A DNA stretch of 64,000 nucleotides from Synechococcus sp. (GCA_051439605.1 JBFRWN010000098.1:1-64000); one strand, 5' to 3'; shown: positions 19,705 through 30,024, numbered from the stretch's first letter. A program made the numbers and translations. Notes: generated by a model from the letters alone, not told the origin.

Positions 19705-21105
19705 GTGGATAATTCTGCACGCTATCTAGCTTTCATGGCTCTACGCCACATGGATCGAAAAGATGCGTTTGCGAATATCGCTCTCGATCGCATATTGACA
19801 AAATCGGGTGCCTCAGAAAGCGATCGCCATTTAGCGACCGAGCTAGTTTACGGCATTACCCGCTACCAGCGAACCCTCGATGCCTTGATCGAGCAATTCA
19901 GTCGCCGCAAGTCCGCTGCACAGCAGCCACCAGATTTGCGGCGACTGTTACATCTGGGGTTCTATCAACTGCGCTATCTCGATCGCATTCCCCCCTCGGC
20001 CGCTGTGAATACCACTGTGGACCTAGCCCGACACTTCAAGATGGGCGGTCTTACGAAAGTGGTGAACGGCGTTTTGCGGGCCTATCTCAGAACCCCTGCA
20101 AGAGAACTACTACCCTCTCAGAACGATCCCGTTGTGGATTTAGCCCGCCGATATAGCTACCCCGAATGGTTGCTGGAGATATGGTTGGATGAGTTGGGAG
20201 AGGAAGAAACAGCTGCTCTATGTGACTGGTTCAACCGCACGCCAACCGTCGATCTGAGAGTGAATAGTCACCTGACTACTGTAGAGACAGTGCGGGTTCT
20301 GTTCGAGAAGTCTGGCATTGCCACCCAACCAATCTCGGATGTACCTGGGGCGTTACGCCTGGTGGAGCATGGGGGAAACATTTCGCAAATGCCCGGCTAT
20401 CAGGAAGGGCTATGGATGGTACAGGATATCAGTGCCCAGCAGGTGGTCCAACTGCTCGATCCGCAACCTGGTGAAACCATTGTGGATTGCTGCGCCGCCC
20501 CAGGGGGAAAGACTACGCATATCGCCGAGCTCATGGGCGATCGCGGTGTCGTGTGGGGACTCGACAAACATGCGGGTCGGCTGCGGCGGTTACACGCCAA
20601 TGCCAAGCGCTTGCAGCTCAACTGCATCAAAACCCGTCCGGTTGATTTAACCTCTTTTGACCCGGCTAAGCTTGCAGACCTGACCGAACCAGACCGCTCA
20701 GCAGACCCTCTAGACCCAATAGACTCCAACCCTGAAAATGCCATAGAAGCGCTACCTCTAGCGGGCAGTTGCGATCGTGTTTTGGTGGATGCCCCCTGTT
20801 CCGGTTTGGGGACGCTGCATCGTCACGCGGATTCCCGCTGGCGTCAGGAGCCTGAAAAAATTGAAGAATTATTAGACATTCAGGCGACAATTCTTGCTCG
20901 TGCTGCTTCTTGGGTGAAGCCTGGAGGAGTGCTGGTCTATTCCACATGCACTCTCTACGAGTCGGAAAATCAGCAGCAGGTAGATGACTTTTTAGCTTTA
21001 CATCCAAAATGGCAACTGGATCCTGATTGTCCCCCCAGACAGAACTGGCCCCATCGAGATAACCGAGACGGGTTTTATATGGCTCGTTTGTTAAAGGCTG
21101 GTTGA
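19705..21105 (+). CDS. rsmB: 16S rRNA m5C967 methyltransferase RsmB/Sun
   Basis: NusB-like N-terminus, DCCAAPGGKTT, DAPCSGLG and VYSTCT. Confidence 0.94.
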   Translation: MDNSARYLAFMALRHMDRKDAFANIALDRILTKSGASESDRHLATELVYGITRYQRTLDALIEQFSRRKSAAQQPPDLRRLLHLGFYQLRYLDRIPPSAAVNTTVDLARHFKMGGLTKVVNGVLRAYLRTPARELLPSQNDPVVDLARRYSYPEWLLEIWLDELGEEETAALCDWFNRTPTVDLRVNSHLTTVETVRVLFEKSGIATQPISDVPGALRLVEHGGNISQMPGYQEGLWMVQDISAQQVVQLLDPQPGETIVDCCAAPGGKTTHIAELMGDRGVVWGLDKHAGRLRRLHANAKRLQLNCIKTRPVDLTSFDPAKLADLTEPDRSADPLDPIDSNPENAIEALPLAGSCDRVLVDAPCSGLGTLHRHADSRWRQEPEKIEELLDIQATILARAASWVKPGGVLVYSTCTLYESENQQQVDDFLALHPKWQLDPDCPPRQNWPHRDNRDGFYMARLLKAG

Positions 21106-21147
21106 GCCAATTTTCATTCTCCTTACCCTACACAAATCAAATCAAGC

Positions 21148-22146
21148 TTATTCCACGGGTAAGAATCTCGCCTGAATTTTGGGGCCAATATGAATGACGT
21201 CTCCGTATTTCAAGGCTTGATGCTTGACCTTCCTACCGTTAACAAATATTCCGTTTCTACTGTACGTACCCCGCTTTCCGCAGTCTAGAACTTCATATGT
21301 GGTTTGGTCGTTGTCGTCATTCTGTGTCCGTATCAAGTAGGCATGCCGCCTTGAGACAAATGAGTCGTTGACTACAATATCGTTGCCAGTATCCCGACCG
21401 ATGGAATACATCCGAGTTCGTAAAGTATGACTGGAGAATTGATCCTTAGAGCGCACCACAAGCAGGAATTCCTCCTGCTGAAACTGTTTATCGACGTCTA
21501 GAGCTTCTCGCAGTTTCTGTGGTTGGTCGGGTTTGCTCTCTATCCCATCAGTCGTAGCGTCTTCATCAATAAATTGATTGGCAAAATATTCGATGGTAGA
21601 TTGTTTGACTAGTCCTTGCTCAACAAGGGCCTCGCCAATTTTCAGCCTGCGCCCCTGTCGCTCTAGATCTTGTAAGACGAAGCGAATTTCCTCTTCACTA
21701 ACCAATCCGGCAGCCCTGAGAAATTCACCAATTCGCCTGCATCCCTTCTGTTTAGCTGATACACCTGCATTTTTATTATTAAAAAAGTTGATTGTGGAGC
21801 TTTTGATGCCCATGCGATCGACTAAGACTCGCTCCAGTTTTCCACCCATTTGCCGCCATGTATGAGCCGCCTGAATAATTTCACTATCATCCAGGAGATC
21901 TGCTTGCTTGAGATGGCTGATGATGGGGTAATTCAGGAAATATTCGAGAAAAGATTCGCTAACAGGGTTGAGTAAGTCGCTCTCATAATTTCTAGAGTCA
22001 TTTGCCAGGATAAATTCTGTTTTGCTGTCTAAAGCACCGGTTTCTTCAATCTCTGACCAATCAGATACAATCCCTGTCATGTCTTCAATCTCTGGAGAGT
22101 CAGATTCACGGCCTGGACGCTCGGGTGAATTGTTGAGAATTTCCAT
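21148..22146 (-). CDS. FHA-domain protein with N-terminal MshEN-like repeats
   Basis: C-terminal FHA motifs SIGRD, VSRRHA and SRNGIFVNG. The central region has RIGEFLRAAGLVS and KIGEALVEQGLVK repeats. Confidence 0.8.
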   Translation of the reverse strand: MEILNNSPERPGRESDSPEIEDMTGIVSDWSEIEETGALDSKTEFILANDSRNYESDLLNPVSESFLEYFLNYPIISHLKQADLLDDSEIIQAAHTWRQMGGKLERVLVDRMGIKSSTINFFNNKNAGVSAKQKGCRRIGEFLRAAGLVSEEEIRFVLQDLERQGRRLKIGEALVEQGLVKQSTIEYFANQFIDEDATTDGIESKPDQPQKLREALDVDKQFQQEEFLLVVRSKDQFSSHTLRTRMYSIGRDTGNDIVVNDSFVSRRHAYLIRTQNDDNDQTTYEVLDCGKRGTYSRNGIFVNGRKVKHQALKYGDVIHIGPKIQARFLPVE

Positions 22147-22408
22147 CAGTGGAGAAGGGAATAAGTTTTATTGATAAACGGAAGATTAAGGTTGGATTGC
22201 AAGATCGCCCCTACATCGGCAAACAGTTGGCCTCTACATGAAAATACCCACCTGTGTTACAAAAGAGCTCAGTAAAAACCCTGACCTCCTTGTTGGAGAG
22301 CCCTTTGGAGAGAGGGAGGTTGTTCTGCCGATCGGGTATGCCAGACTGCCAGTCAAATGACTGCTCCCGTTGGATTCTTGTCTAAATGCTCCGAGTCAGG
22401 CTGGGGGA

Positions 22409-23260
22409 TTAATTAGAACGGCGGCTATCTAATTGTTGGATGCGAACTGCGGCAGTGATAACATCCAATCTAACTTTCGAATCGGTCTCTGTTCGGGCGG
22501 CTATGCGCTGATATTCATCGGGCTGCATGCCGTGGGACTGCAATACTTGGGTGGCGGCTGCATCAAACTCAGCTTCGATGCTTTTCCGCTCGCTGGAGGT
22601 TTGGGCTGTTTCCAGTTTGGTTTTTGTGGAATTAAGGATTGGCTGCAGTTCCAACAATGCTGTGGCAAAGCGGGTAATTTCTCCTGGGGTGAATTCAGGT
22701 GTAGCAGTGGTTTCACTGTTGCTGGTTTTCTCCTCAAGCTGTGTAGACCCAGAGGGGGGTGGGGCCAGTGAAGTCTCGGTAGAGGGGCTAGTAATAAGAC
22801 TGTCGATTGCTGGAGAAGGCCGCGTGGTTTGAAAGGTTGTCTGTCGATCGATCGATGCGATCGCATTCATAATCGCTACGGCTACTACCGCGCAAGCAGC
22901 ACCCAGAGCTGCGGCCATGAGAGAAACTTGCCAACGCTTGGATAGACTCGTTTGACCGCTGTTGCCAGCACGAGCGGGCCGTTGACGAGCGGAGCGCTCG
23001 GCAGCACGGCTTTCCGCCAAAATGCGTTCCGCTAGTCGGCGATCGTAGGTGGTTCGGGCGTTAGGATTCGATAGAACTAAATACGCTTCTCTGAGCTCGT
23101 TAAATTCTTTTTTAGCAATGTCTTGCATTTTTTGGGAAATATCCCCTGGCAATTTATCGGGATGCAACTCTTGAGCCAACTTTCGGTAGGCGGATTTGAT
23201 GTCATCTTGAGACGCGTTAATGGAAACGCCTAGACGATCGTAATAGGTTTTAAATGGCAT
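22409..23260 (-). CDS. J-domain membrane protein with C-terminal DUF4168-like domain
   Basis: YYDRLGV, intact HPD (LHPDK) and LREAYLVLS, then a TM helix, a Ser/Thr/Pro linker and EITRFATALLELQP. Confidence 0.82.
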   Translation of the reverse strand: MPFKTYYDRLGVSINASQDDIKSAYRKLAQELHPDKLPGDISQKMQDIAKKEFNELREAYLVLSNPNARTTYDRRLAERILAESRAAERSARQRPARAGNSGQTSLSKRWQVSLMAAALGAACAVVAVAIMNAIASIDRQTTFQTTRPSPAIDSLITSPSTETSLAPPPSGSTQLEEKTSNSETTATPEFTPGEITRFATALLELQPILNSTKTKLETAQTSSERKSIEAEFDAAATQVLQSHGMQPDEYQRIAARTETDSKVRLDVITAAVRIQQLDSRRSN

Positions 23261-23492
23261 GATGGCTAACCCTGACTGCACCTACCCCACCGATGATATT
23301 CGCTCTGGTACGGATGGGCACGGGCAATGTACCCCCTGTCAAAAAAATGATGCTAGACAAGCACAGCAATGAAATCGATGATGGGAATCGATCTCTCTTG
23401 GGAGTAAAATCTTAGGAAATCTGCAACCGGGATATCTTCTCACTCGCTTGAGTAGGTAACTGCAGGGATATCAAGACCCTTGAAAGAGAAAG

Positions 23493-24362
23493 CTAACGAT
23501 AAAGCATGACGGGAAGGTGGGATCTCATCAACACTTGTGTTGTGGTACTACCAATCAGCAAGCGGCGAATGCGGTTGTGACCGTAGGCACCCATTAGCAG
23601 ACTGTCGACATTGTGGGTATCGACATAGTTGAGAATGGCGTCCTCAGGGTTGCCTTGCAGGATATTGCAGGTAGGCTCGTATCCAGCTGCTGTGAGAGTT
23701 TGTGCTGCGCTGGATAGCAATTGCTCTGCTGCTTGTTTATTCTGCCCTTTGGCGACAGTAACCAGATGGAGGGTTAACCCCTTGTAAAGTGGGCTGTCGA
23801 CTAGAAAGTTCAGAGCCTTTTGGCAACTGCTTCCGCCATCGTAAGCAAACAGCAAGCTGGAGATGGGGCGAAACTCTCGAGGGGTGACCAGACAGGGTTT
23901 GTGGCTGGCGCGCACGATGCGTTCGACATTGCTACCCAAATGTTCTGTGGCAAAGCTGGCAGTTTCCCCTCGCTTTCCTAACACAATGAGATCGCAGCTA
24001 GCCTCCCACTTATCAAAGCAGTCCACCAAAAATCCAGTCTCGTGAACCAGTTTTATGGCGCTTTCGGGAATGCCGCGCTCAATGAAAAATGCTTGAGCGG
24101 TTTGCAAGATAGTTTTGGCTCTCTGGTGTTCAATTTTAGCCACCTCTCGCTCCAGTTCCACCAGGCGATCGAGTAATTCTTGATAAGAATCAATGCCTAA
24201 ACTACCGCTGAAATCATGTGTAGGAATGGCTCTTTCTTTACGAACATCGGTCACGTACAAAACATCGATTTCCAACGGTATGCGCTGGGCGAGCCAAGCA
24301 ACGTATTCGTAGCTGACCTGAGAGAATGCAGAACCGTCTGTACAAAGTAATAGTTTATTCAC
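23493..24362 (-). CDS. Universal stress protein (tandem USP domains)
   Basis: LLCTDGS, DLIVLGKRG, LGSNVERIVR, FAYDG and LLMGAYGH..IGSTT. Confidence 0.92.
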   Translation of the reverse strand: MNKLLLCTDGSAFSQVSYEYVAWLAQRIPLEIDVLYVTDVRKERAIPTHDFSGSLGIDSYQELLDRLVELEREVAKIEHQRAKTILQTAQAFFIERGIPESAIKLVHETGFLVDCFDKWEASCDLIVLGKRGETASFATEHLGSNVERIVRASHKPCLVTPREFRPISSLLFAYDGGSSCQKALNFLVDSPLYKGLTLHLVTVAKGQNKQAAEQLLSSAAQTLTAAGYEPTCNILQGNPEDAILNYVDTHNVDSLLMGAYGHNRIRRLLIGSTTTQVLMRSHLPVMLYR

Positions 24363-24573
24363 AACTCACTCCCAATCGTGCGTGGCGGATTGCTAGCCAA
24401 TGTTCTATGGCTCGCAGAATCTGAGGTCTCGTCAAATTAGGTAGCCTGCTCTACTACCGAACCTGGCTGAAACTGATTTCTGCTTCAGGCTTGGACATTC
24501 CCCTGAGATAAGAAACCACTGGGGAATATCGGGTTTTGTCTATCCAGTCATCGATCTGTCTCAGTCATTAACT

Positions 24574-26055
24574 TTAGTGAGCTGAAAGATCTTGCAGGGC
24601 ATCTACCTTGTTGTGCACCGCTAGTTTATCGACGAGGGTGGCACTAGCTTCATTCAAGCCAACCAGCTTCACCTCTGCCCCTTTGCGACGATATTTCAGG
24701 ACCACTTTGTCGATCGCCATAATCGCGGACTGGTCCCATAAATGAGCTTGGGTCAGGTCGAGAATCACCCACTCTAGGTCTTCATTAAAGTCAAATGCAT
24801 TCAGGAATGTTTCCACCGAGACGAAGAAGATCTGGCCGCTAATCATATAGATTCGCTCGGAGCCATTGGGGCTAAGGGTGCTGTCCACAAAGACCAGTTG
24901 GGCAATTTTGCGGGCAAAAAATACTGTGCTGAGCACTACGCCAATCCCCACTCCGATCGCTAGATTGTGGGTGAAGATTGTGACCCCCACCGTCATTAGC
25001 ATGACGGTGATTTCGCTTTTGGGCATCACGTTCAGCTGGCGCAAATATCCCCAGTTGAAGGTGCCGATGGATACCATAATCATGACTGCCACCAGAGCTG
25101 CCATGGGAATTTTGCTGACCCAATCCCCCATCGCCAGAATGAAAAACAGAAGGAAGCAGCCAGCACAGAGTGTGGAGAGTCGATCGCGCCCCCCGGATCG
25201 AATATTGATGATAGACTGACCGATCATGGCACACCCTGCCATTCCTCCAAAGAAACTGGTAATAATATTGGCGAGTCCCTGCCCTTTGGCCTCTTGATTT
25301 TTGTCGCTGGAGGTATCGGTCAGGTCGTCGATCACAGAAGCTGTTAAGAAAGATTCCAGCAAGCCCACCACGCACATGGCCAGCGAGTAGGGAAAAATAA
25401 TCGCAACTGTTTCAAAGGTAAGCGGCACTTGCGGTATATGCAGACCGGGAAAGGTAGTGGGTAGCTCCCCCATATCTCCGACAGTGGGTACATCCGCTCC
25501 TGTCAGTAAGGCAATCGCCGTAACCACGACAATGGCCACCAGCGGGGAGGGCAGGATTTTGGTAAATCGCGGCAGCATATAGATGATTGCTAACCCCAAA
25601 GCCACCATGGCGTAGACTTCCCAGCCTACCCCCTGCAATTGCGGTAACTGTGCCATAAAGATCAGAATAGCCAGCGCATTCACAAAGCCCACAAGCACTG
25701 CCCGTGGCACGTATTTCATCTGGCGGCCAATCTTGAATACTCCCAAGATGACTTGCAAAATGCCAGTCAGAATACCGGCGGCAAACAAATATTCCAGGCC
25801 GTAGTCCTTGACCAGATAAACCATCAGCAGCGCCATCGCCCCGGTGGCGGCTGAAACCATGCCAGAGCGCCCTCCCAGAAATGCAATGGTCACCGCCATG
25901 GTGAATGAGGCGTAAAGACCCACTTTCGGATCGACACCCGCAATGATCGAAAAGGCAATTGCTTCGGGAATCAAGGCTAAAGCGACTACCATTCCGGCTA
26001 AAAAGTCTCCCCTTAAGTTGGAAAACCATTGCCGCTGCCACATCGCAAGCTTCAC
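24574..26055 (-). CDS. SulP-family inorganic anion transporter with STAS domain
   Basis: [31 protein letters not shown] and the C-terminal STAS-like [12 protein letters not shown]. Confidence 0.93.
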   Translation of the reverse strand: MKLAMWQRQWFSNLRGDFLAGMVVALALIPEAIAFSIIAGVDPKVGLYASFTMAVTIAFLGGRSGMVSAATGAMALLMVYLVKDYGLEYLFAAGILTGILQVILGVFKIGRQMKYVPRAVLVGFVNALAILIFMAQLPQLQGVGWEVYAMVALGLAIIYMLPRFTKILPSPLVAIVVVTAIALLTGADVPTVGDMGELPTTFPGLHIPQVPLTFETVAIIFPYSLAMCVVGLLESFLTASVIDDLTDTSSDKNQEAKGQGLANIITSFFGGMAGCAMIGQSIINIRSGGRDRLSTLCAGCFLLFFILAMGDWVSKIPMAALVAVMIMVSIGTFNWGYLRQLNVMPKSEITVMLMTVGVTIFTHNLAIGVGIGVVLSTVFFARKIAQLVFVDSTLSPNGSERIYMISGQIFFVSVETFLNAFDFNEDLEWVILDLTQAHLWDQSAIMAIDKVVLKYRRKGAEVKLVGLNEASATLVDKLAVHNKVDALQDLSAH

Positions 26056-26369
26056 GTATCTCTCCTAGCTGGGGACTCTCCAGAATAGTTTAGGTTTAAT
26101 TAAGGGCAATGCTATCACCCGAAAAATAGTCAACCTTTTAACACTCACTTTTGGTATGAAATGAAGCCCTGGAAGCCGTTGTGTGATGCATATGCCTAAA
26201 CTCTAGCGGCGCATCTTGCGAAACAGTCATGCAGGCTTCTCCATTCACCCTTTCAGCATCCTCCTGCATTCTCCCGCAACAACGAATAGCTTCTCTGCAG
26301 CTAGGACAGCTTGCCCTGTTACCAGGAAGAGCTGGTTCACTGAGAGAGTCTAAGCGAGTTGACGATGGT

Positions 26370-26409
26370 AATAAAATGGGGTGAAACGGCCTAACCATTT
26401 CACCCCGTT
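26370..26409 (-). terminator. Intrinsic terminator downstream of the 54-aa ORF
   Basis: Minus strand AACGGGGTGAAATGG-TTAGG-CCGTTTCACCCCATT, running into a T-rich tail (TTTTATT). Confidence 0.65.
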
Positions 26410-26459
26410 GGGCAATCCAGCAAAATTTCTTCAGAGTTGCAGAAATTTAACGCTACTTG

Positions 26460-26624
26460 CTACTGCATGCTCTTGAGCTCGGCTTCTAATTCTAGGCGGC
26501 GATTGTCGAGATAATCCAGTTCTTCATCCGGTAGCGAACAGCATTCATTCGAAAGCTGAATGTAAATTGCCTCTAGTTCTTCCCGAATGGGACAGTAATC
26601 ATCCTCTTCCATCGTTTCGCTCAT
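26460..26624 (-). CDS. Small acidic hypothetical protein, 54 aa (not in the ORF track)
   Basis: Read by hand: MSETMEEDDYCPIREELEAIYIQLSNECCSLPDEELDYLDNRRLELEAELKSMQ. AAGAGG upstream and a terminator 50 bp downstream. Confidence 0.6.
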   Translation of the reverse strand: MSETMEEDDYCPIREELEAIYIQLSNECCSLPDEELDYLDNRRLELEAELKSMQ

Positions 26625-26734
26625 CCTCTTGAGTGGGTTTGGCCGGTGTTGTTTACCGCTTGGAAAGACTGGGGTTATGTGGTTGAAAGATTAATTGCAC
26701 TAGGTCTTGCAGCTCCTGAGCTGAGTTCGATCGC

Positions 26735-27115
26735 TCAATCGAGATTGCCGTTATCGATGGGTTCCTTCAGCTGAGGGGATTTATCGTGAGTGTCATCCTC
26801 TGATGGGCGATCGTAAGGGGTGTCGATATGTTCGGATTCGGGATAGTCTTCGGCGGTGGGTAGATCGCTGGGCTGAAAATCTCCTTTGGGGATGGTAGAG
26901 AGCCGTTGGGCAACAGCTCCGATGCTGTCGATGCGAATGATTTCTTCCCAGGAACAGATTTCGTCCTCATCTTCCGTTTCATATCGAACGACGACTAGAT
27001 CTCCTGCCTGGTCTAAAATTCTGCAGCGATCGAGCCAGCGCCCTTGATCTCGTAGGTAAATCCAGACTTCTTTGCCCTCTTGAGAAAACTGATATATTTT
27101 GCGGTCGAGCATCAT
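26735..27115 (-). CDS. Conserved cyanobacterial protein (DUF6679-like)
   Basis: MLDRKIYQ..EVWIYLRDQGRW..RYETEDEDEICSWEEIIRIDSIGAV pattern, recognised from memory of cyanobacterial homologs. Confidence 0.72.
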   Translation of the reverse strand: MMLDRKIYQFSQEGKEVWIYLRDQGRWLDRCRILDQAGDLVVVRYETEDEDEICSWEEIIRIDSIGAVAQRLSTIPKGDFQPSDLPTAEDYPESEHIDTPYDRPSEDDTHDKSPQLKEPIDNGNLD

Positions 27116-27305
27116 TTCCTCCCCGGGTACGGGTACATGTGAACCGTTTATCTGGAAGCGCGCACCTATTCAGTAATTTTGTCTTCCCTACATCTTAACT
27201 GGCGCCAGAACGAATATTCTGAAGTTGCCCCAAAGATGTGCGTTGATATATACGAGTAAGAGGATGTTGCCAATCTACTTACTCCTAAAAAGATTTGCCC
27301 CAAGG

Positions 27306-28679
27306 CTAGCTCTGCAAATGTTTGAGCAATATCTGGAAAACATCGGTCGCCTGGATAGAGTCCTGCTGTAGCAGTTCTGATTGGTGGGTAATCAGTAGAG
27401 GACCAGCTTCTGGAGACGGGGGTGCGCAACCATGCGAGCCCTGAATGAGGGTGGCGTCTAGAGGAATCACGTCAAGCAAGTAGCGGAATCCAAGTTTCTT
27501 TTTCAGCAGCGTCCAGCCAATCTTCACCATCGGTAAAGTCAGCTCGGGGTTCACAAACATTTCTACAGGGTCGTAGCCAGGCTTGCGGTGAATATCTACG
27601 GTGCGAGCAAAATCAGGAGCCTTAGCATCATCCAACCAGTAATAGTAGGTGAACCAGGCTTCAGGTTTGGCAATGGCCACCAGCTCTCCCGAGCGGTCGC
27701 AATCCAGGTGAAAGTCCTGCTTACCTTGTTCGTCCAGCACCATCTCGATGCCGTCAGTTGCCTCAAGTAACGCTTTGACTTGGGGGATAGCCTCTGGGTC
27801 GTTGATGTAAACGTGGGCAATTTGATGGTCAGCTACAGCAAACGCCTTGCTAGCCCCGGGGTCGAGTAATTCTAACCCTAGCTCTTCTCGTACCGCAATC
27901 AACCCCTGTTGGCGCAGCAGGCGGTTAATGTGAATGGGTTGATTGACACGGGTGATGCCATATTCCGACAGCACGACAACCTGCGCTCCACGAGCTTCGT
28001 AGTAGTCAATCAGATCGCCGCAAACCGCATCGATTTCCTTGAGGTCAGTGGCGATATTCTCCGGTTCGGGACCAAACTTTTGTAGACAGTAGTCGAGGTG
28101 AGGCAAATACACAAAAGTGAGAGTGGGGTTATGGCGTTCCTCCATCCATCTCGCTGAATCTGCAATCCATTGGCTGGATTCCACTGAGGTGTTAGGTCCC
28201 CAGAATTTAAAGAGGGGAAACGGTCCCAAATCCTCTTGAATTTGCGGTCTCAGCTCCGCTGGCTCCGTATAAATGTCGGGCAGTTTGCGACCGTCGGCAG
28301 GATACATCGGTCGTGGTGTGACGGCATAATCCACCGTTGAATGCATGTTGTACCACCAGAACAGGTTGGCACAGGTAAAACTGGGATCGATCTCGCGGGC
28401 CACATCCCAGATTTTGGGAGCTTGCACCAGGGCGTTAGCCTGCCGCCAAAGTTTGACCTCGCACAAATCTCGGAAGTACCAGCCGTTGGCCACAATGCCG
28501 TGTTCGGAGGGCCACTTCCCCGTCACATAGGTACTCTGGGCAGAGCAGGTGACCGCAGGAATGACGGGGTCGATCGCCGCCACCTGTCCTTTTTCTGCCC
28601 AGCCTGCCAATCGGGGAGTGTGCTCGCCGATCAGGCTGGATGTGAGGCCCACAACATTGAGAACGACTGTTTTTTTCAC
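27306..28679 (-). CDS. eboF: EboF, alkaline phosphatase/nucleotide pyrophosphatase family
   Basis: PAVTCSAQSTY, HGIVANGWYFRD, YLPHLDYCLQ and DIHRKPGYDPVE. Last gene of the ebo array. Confidence 0.88.
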   Translation of the reverse strand: MKKTVVLNVVGLTSSLIGEHTPRLAGWAEKGQVAAIDPVIPAVTCSAQSTYVTGKWPSEHGIVANGWYFRDLCEVKLWRQANALVQAPKIWDVAREIDPSFTCANLFWWYNMHSTVDYAVTPRPMYPADGRKLPDIYTEPAELRPQIQEDLGPFPLFKFWGPNTSVESSQWIADSARWMEERHNPTLTFVYLPHLDYCLQKFGPEPENIATDLKEIDAVCGDLIDYYEARGAQVVVLSEYGITRVNQPIHINRLLRQQGLIAVREELGLELLDPGASKAFAVADHQIAHVYINDPEAIPQVKALLEATDGIEMVLDEQGKQDFHLDCDRSGELVAIAKPEAWFTYYYWLDDAKAPDFARTVDIHRKPGYDPVEMFVNPELTLPMVKIGWTLLKKKLGFRYLLDVIPLDATLIQGSHGCAPPSPEAGPLLITHQSELLQQDSIQATDVFQILLKHLQS

Positions 28680-28767
28680 GGCGGATTACCTGGTCTCAAA
28701 ACAAGAGATCTAAAAACTAGAGGTCTATAAACAAGAACGTGCAAGGGTTTCGAGCATGCCAACCAAG

Positions 28768-30024
28768 CTAAACCACCAGTGAAGACAGTGCATCAGGATG
28801 CAAGGACCGTAACTCCCACAGCACCCATTCGTACTCCCGCCGGATGGAGTCCTGAATATCTAGCTTTAGTTCCGGTGGCAGGACATCCCAGGTGTAGGTC
28901 TCAATTTCTAAATGCTGGCACTTCAGGGTGTTTCCAAGTAGCGTAAGGGTGCCTGAAATGTGATTCTGGGTGGACTGCAAAAGTTGATAGTCCTGCAAAA
29001 AGATGGGCACGTGAAAGTGTATGCGCCATTCTTGGGCCTCACTCGACACCAGTTCCGGCAAAGCTTCGGTTAAATCCGAGTAGCGGCTGAGCTGCCCGTC
29101 CTGTTGGCGAGCAATCACTTGGTGCAGGTAAGTGGATTCTGCAAAGGGCTGCAACCGGTTGGCAACTGCTTGACGACTGCTGCGTTCGGTGGGAAGAGGG
29201 ACCCGCAACGCCGAGCTGATCTGCACTTTCCCCACCCGAATGCCAGCCGCTTGCAAGCGGGCAATAGCATCCGTCGGATCTTCGTATTCCACGGCAAAAT
29301 GGCAGGTATCGTAGCAAACGGCGATGTGTTTTAGCAGTAGCGACTCCGCCTGTTGGCGATCGCAGCCTAAATGCTGGGCCAGCCATTGTCCACCCACAGG
29401 CAGCAACCAAGAGTGGAAAAACTCAATGGTTTCTGCGGCATTCTCAATCCCGCCGTTGGGTTCCGGCTCAAGATCGATGTGGATCTCGATGCCGCTGTCT
29501 TGCTGCAAGCTGACTAGCTCAGCCACTACGCGGGCTAGCTGCAGGCTGCTGCTGCGAAAAACAGTGTGGGCTTCTTCCGCCGTTGCCCACCAAGGCTTGT
29601 AGGACAGCGGCACGGTGGAGATACCGCCTTCCATTCCTTCAGGTAACAGAGCCGCGAGAATCTTGACCAGCTTGAGGGTGTAGTCTGCGCGCTCCGGTTG
29701 AGTCCAATCAGGGGCATACACCCGATCCTTGACCACCTGATGGTGGAAGCCGCCGTAGGGAAAGCCGTTGAGGGTGAAAACGTACAGGTTTTCTGTGTCT
29801 AGCCAGCGTCGCAGGTTCCGCAGGCGATCGCCCTGCACCAGCTCTTGGGCCGCAACCTCCGCTAGACGCAGTCCCACTCCAAAGGGAGCTGCGGGACAGA
29901 GGTGGCGCTTGAGGGGGACCAGATGAGTTTGGAGATTTTGAAAGACCTCAGCCCAGGTTTCTCCAGGATGGATATTGGTGCAATAGGTGAGGTGGGGCTG
30001 AGGGGAGAATTGGGCGAGCTTCAC
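28768..30024 (-). CDS. eboE: EboE, xylose-isomerase-like TIM-barrel protein
   Basis: HLTYCTNIHPGE, TLNGFPYGGFH, LEPEP, CYDTCHFAVEYE, WRIHFHVP and HLEIETYTW. GTG at 30024 overlaps the eboD TGA. Confidence 0.9.
   Translation of the reverse strand: MKLAQFSPQPHLTYCTNIHPGETWAEVFQNLQTHLVPLKRHLCPAAPFGVGLRLAEVAAQELVQGDRLRNLRRWLDTENLYVFTLNGFPYGGFHHQVVKDRVYAPDWTQPERADYTLKLVKILAALLPEGMEGGISTVPLSYKPWWATAEEAHTVFRSSSLQLARVVAELVSLQQDSGIEIHIDLEPEPNGGIENAAETIEFFHSWLLPVGGQWLAQHLGCDRQQAESLLLKHIAVCYDTCHFAVEYEDPTDAIARLQAAGIRVGKVQISSALRVPLPTERSSRQAVANRLQPFAESTYLHQVIARQQDGQLSRYSDLTEALPELVSSEAQEWRIHFHVPIFLQDYQLLQSTQNHISGTLTLLGNTLKCQHLEIETYTWDVLPPELKLDIQDSIRREYEWVLWELRSLHPDALSSLVV

Noticed and set aside
24866..26041. 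Long alternative-frame and antisense ORFs over sulP (and similar ones over recJ, mutS2, argD, the TPR gene and the transposase)
   Set aside because: They are shadows of well-supported genes and show no recognisable motifs.
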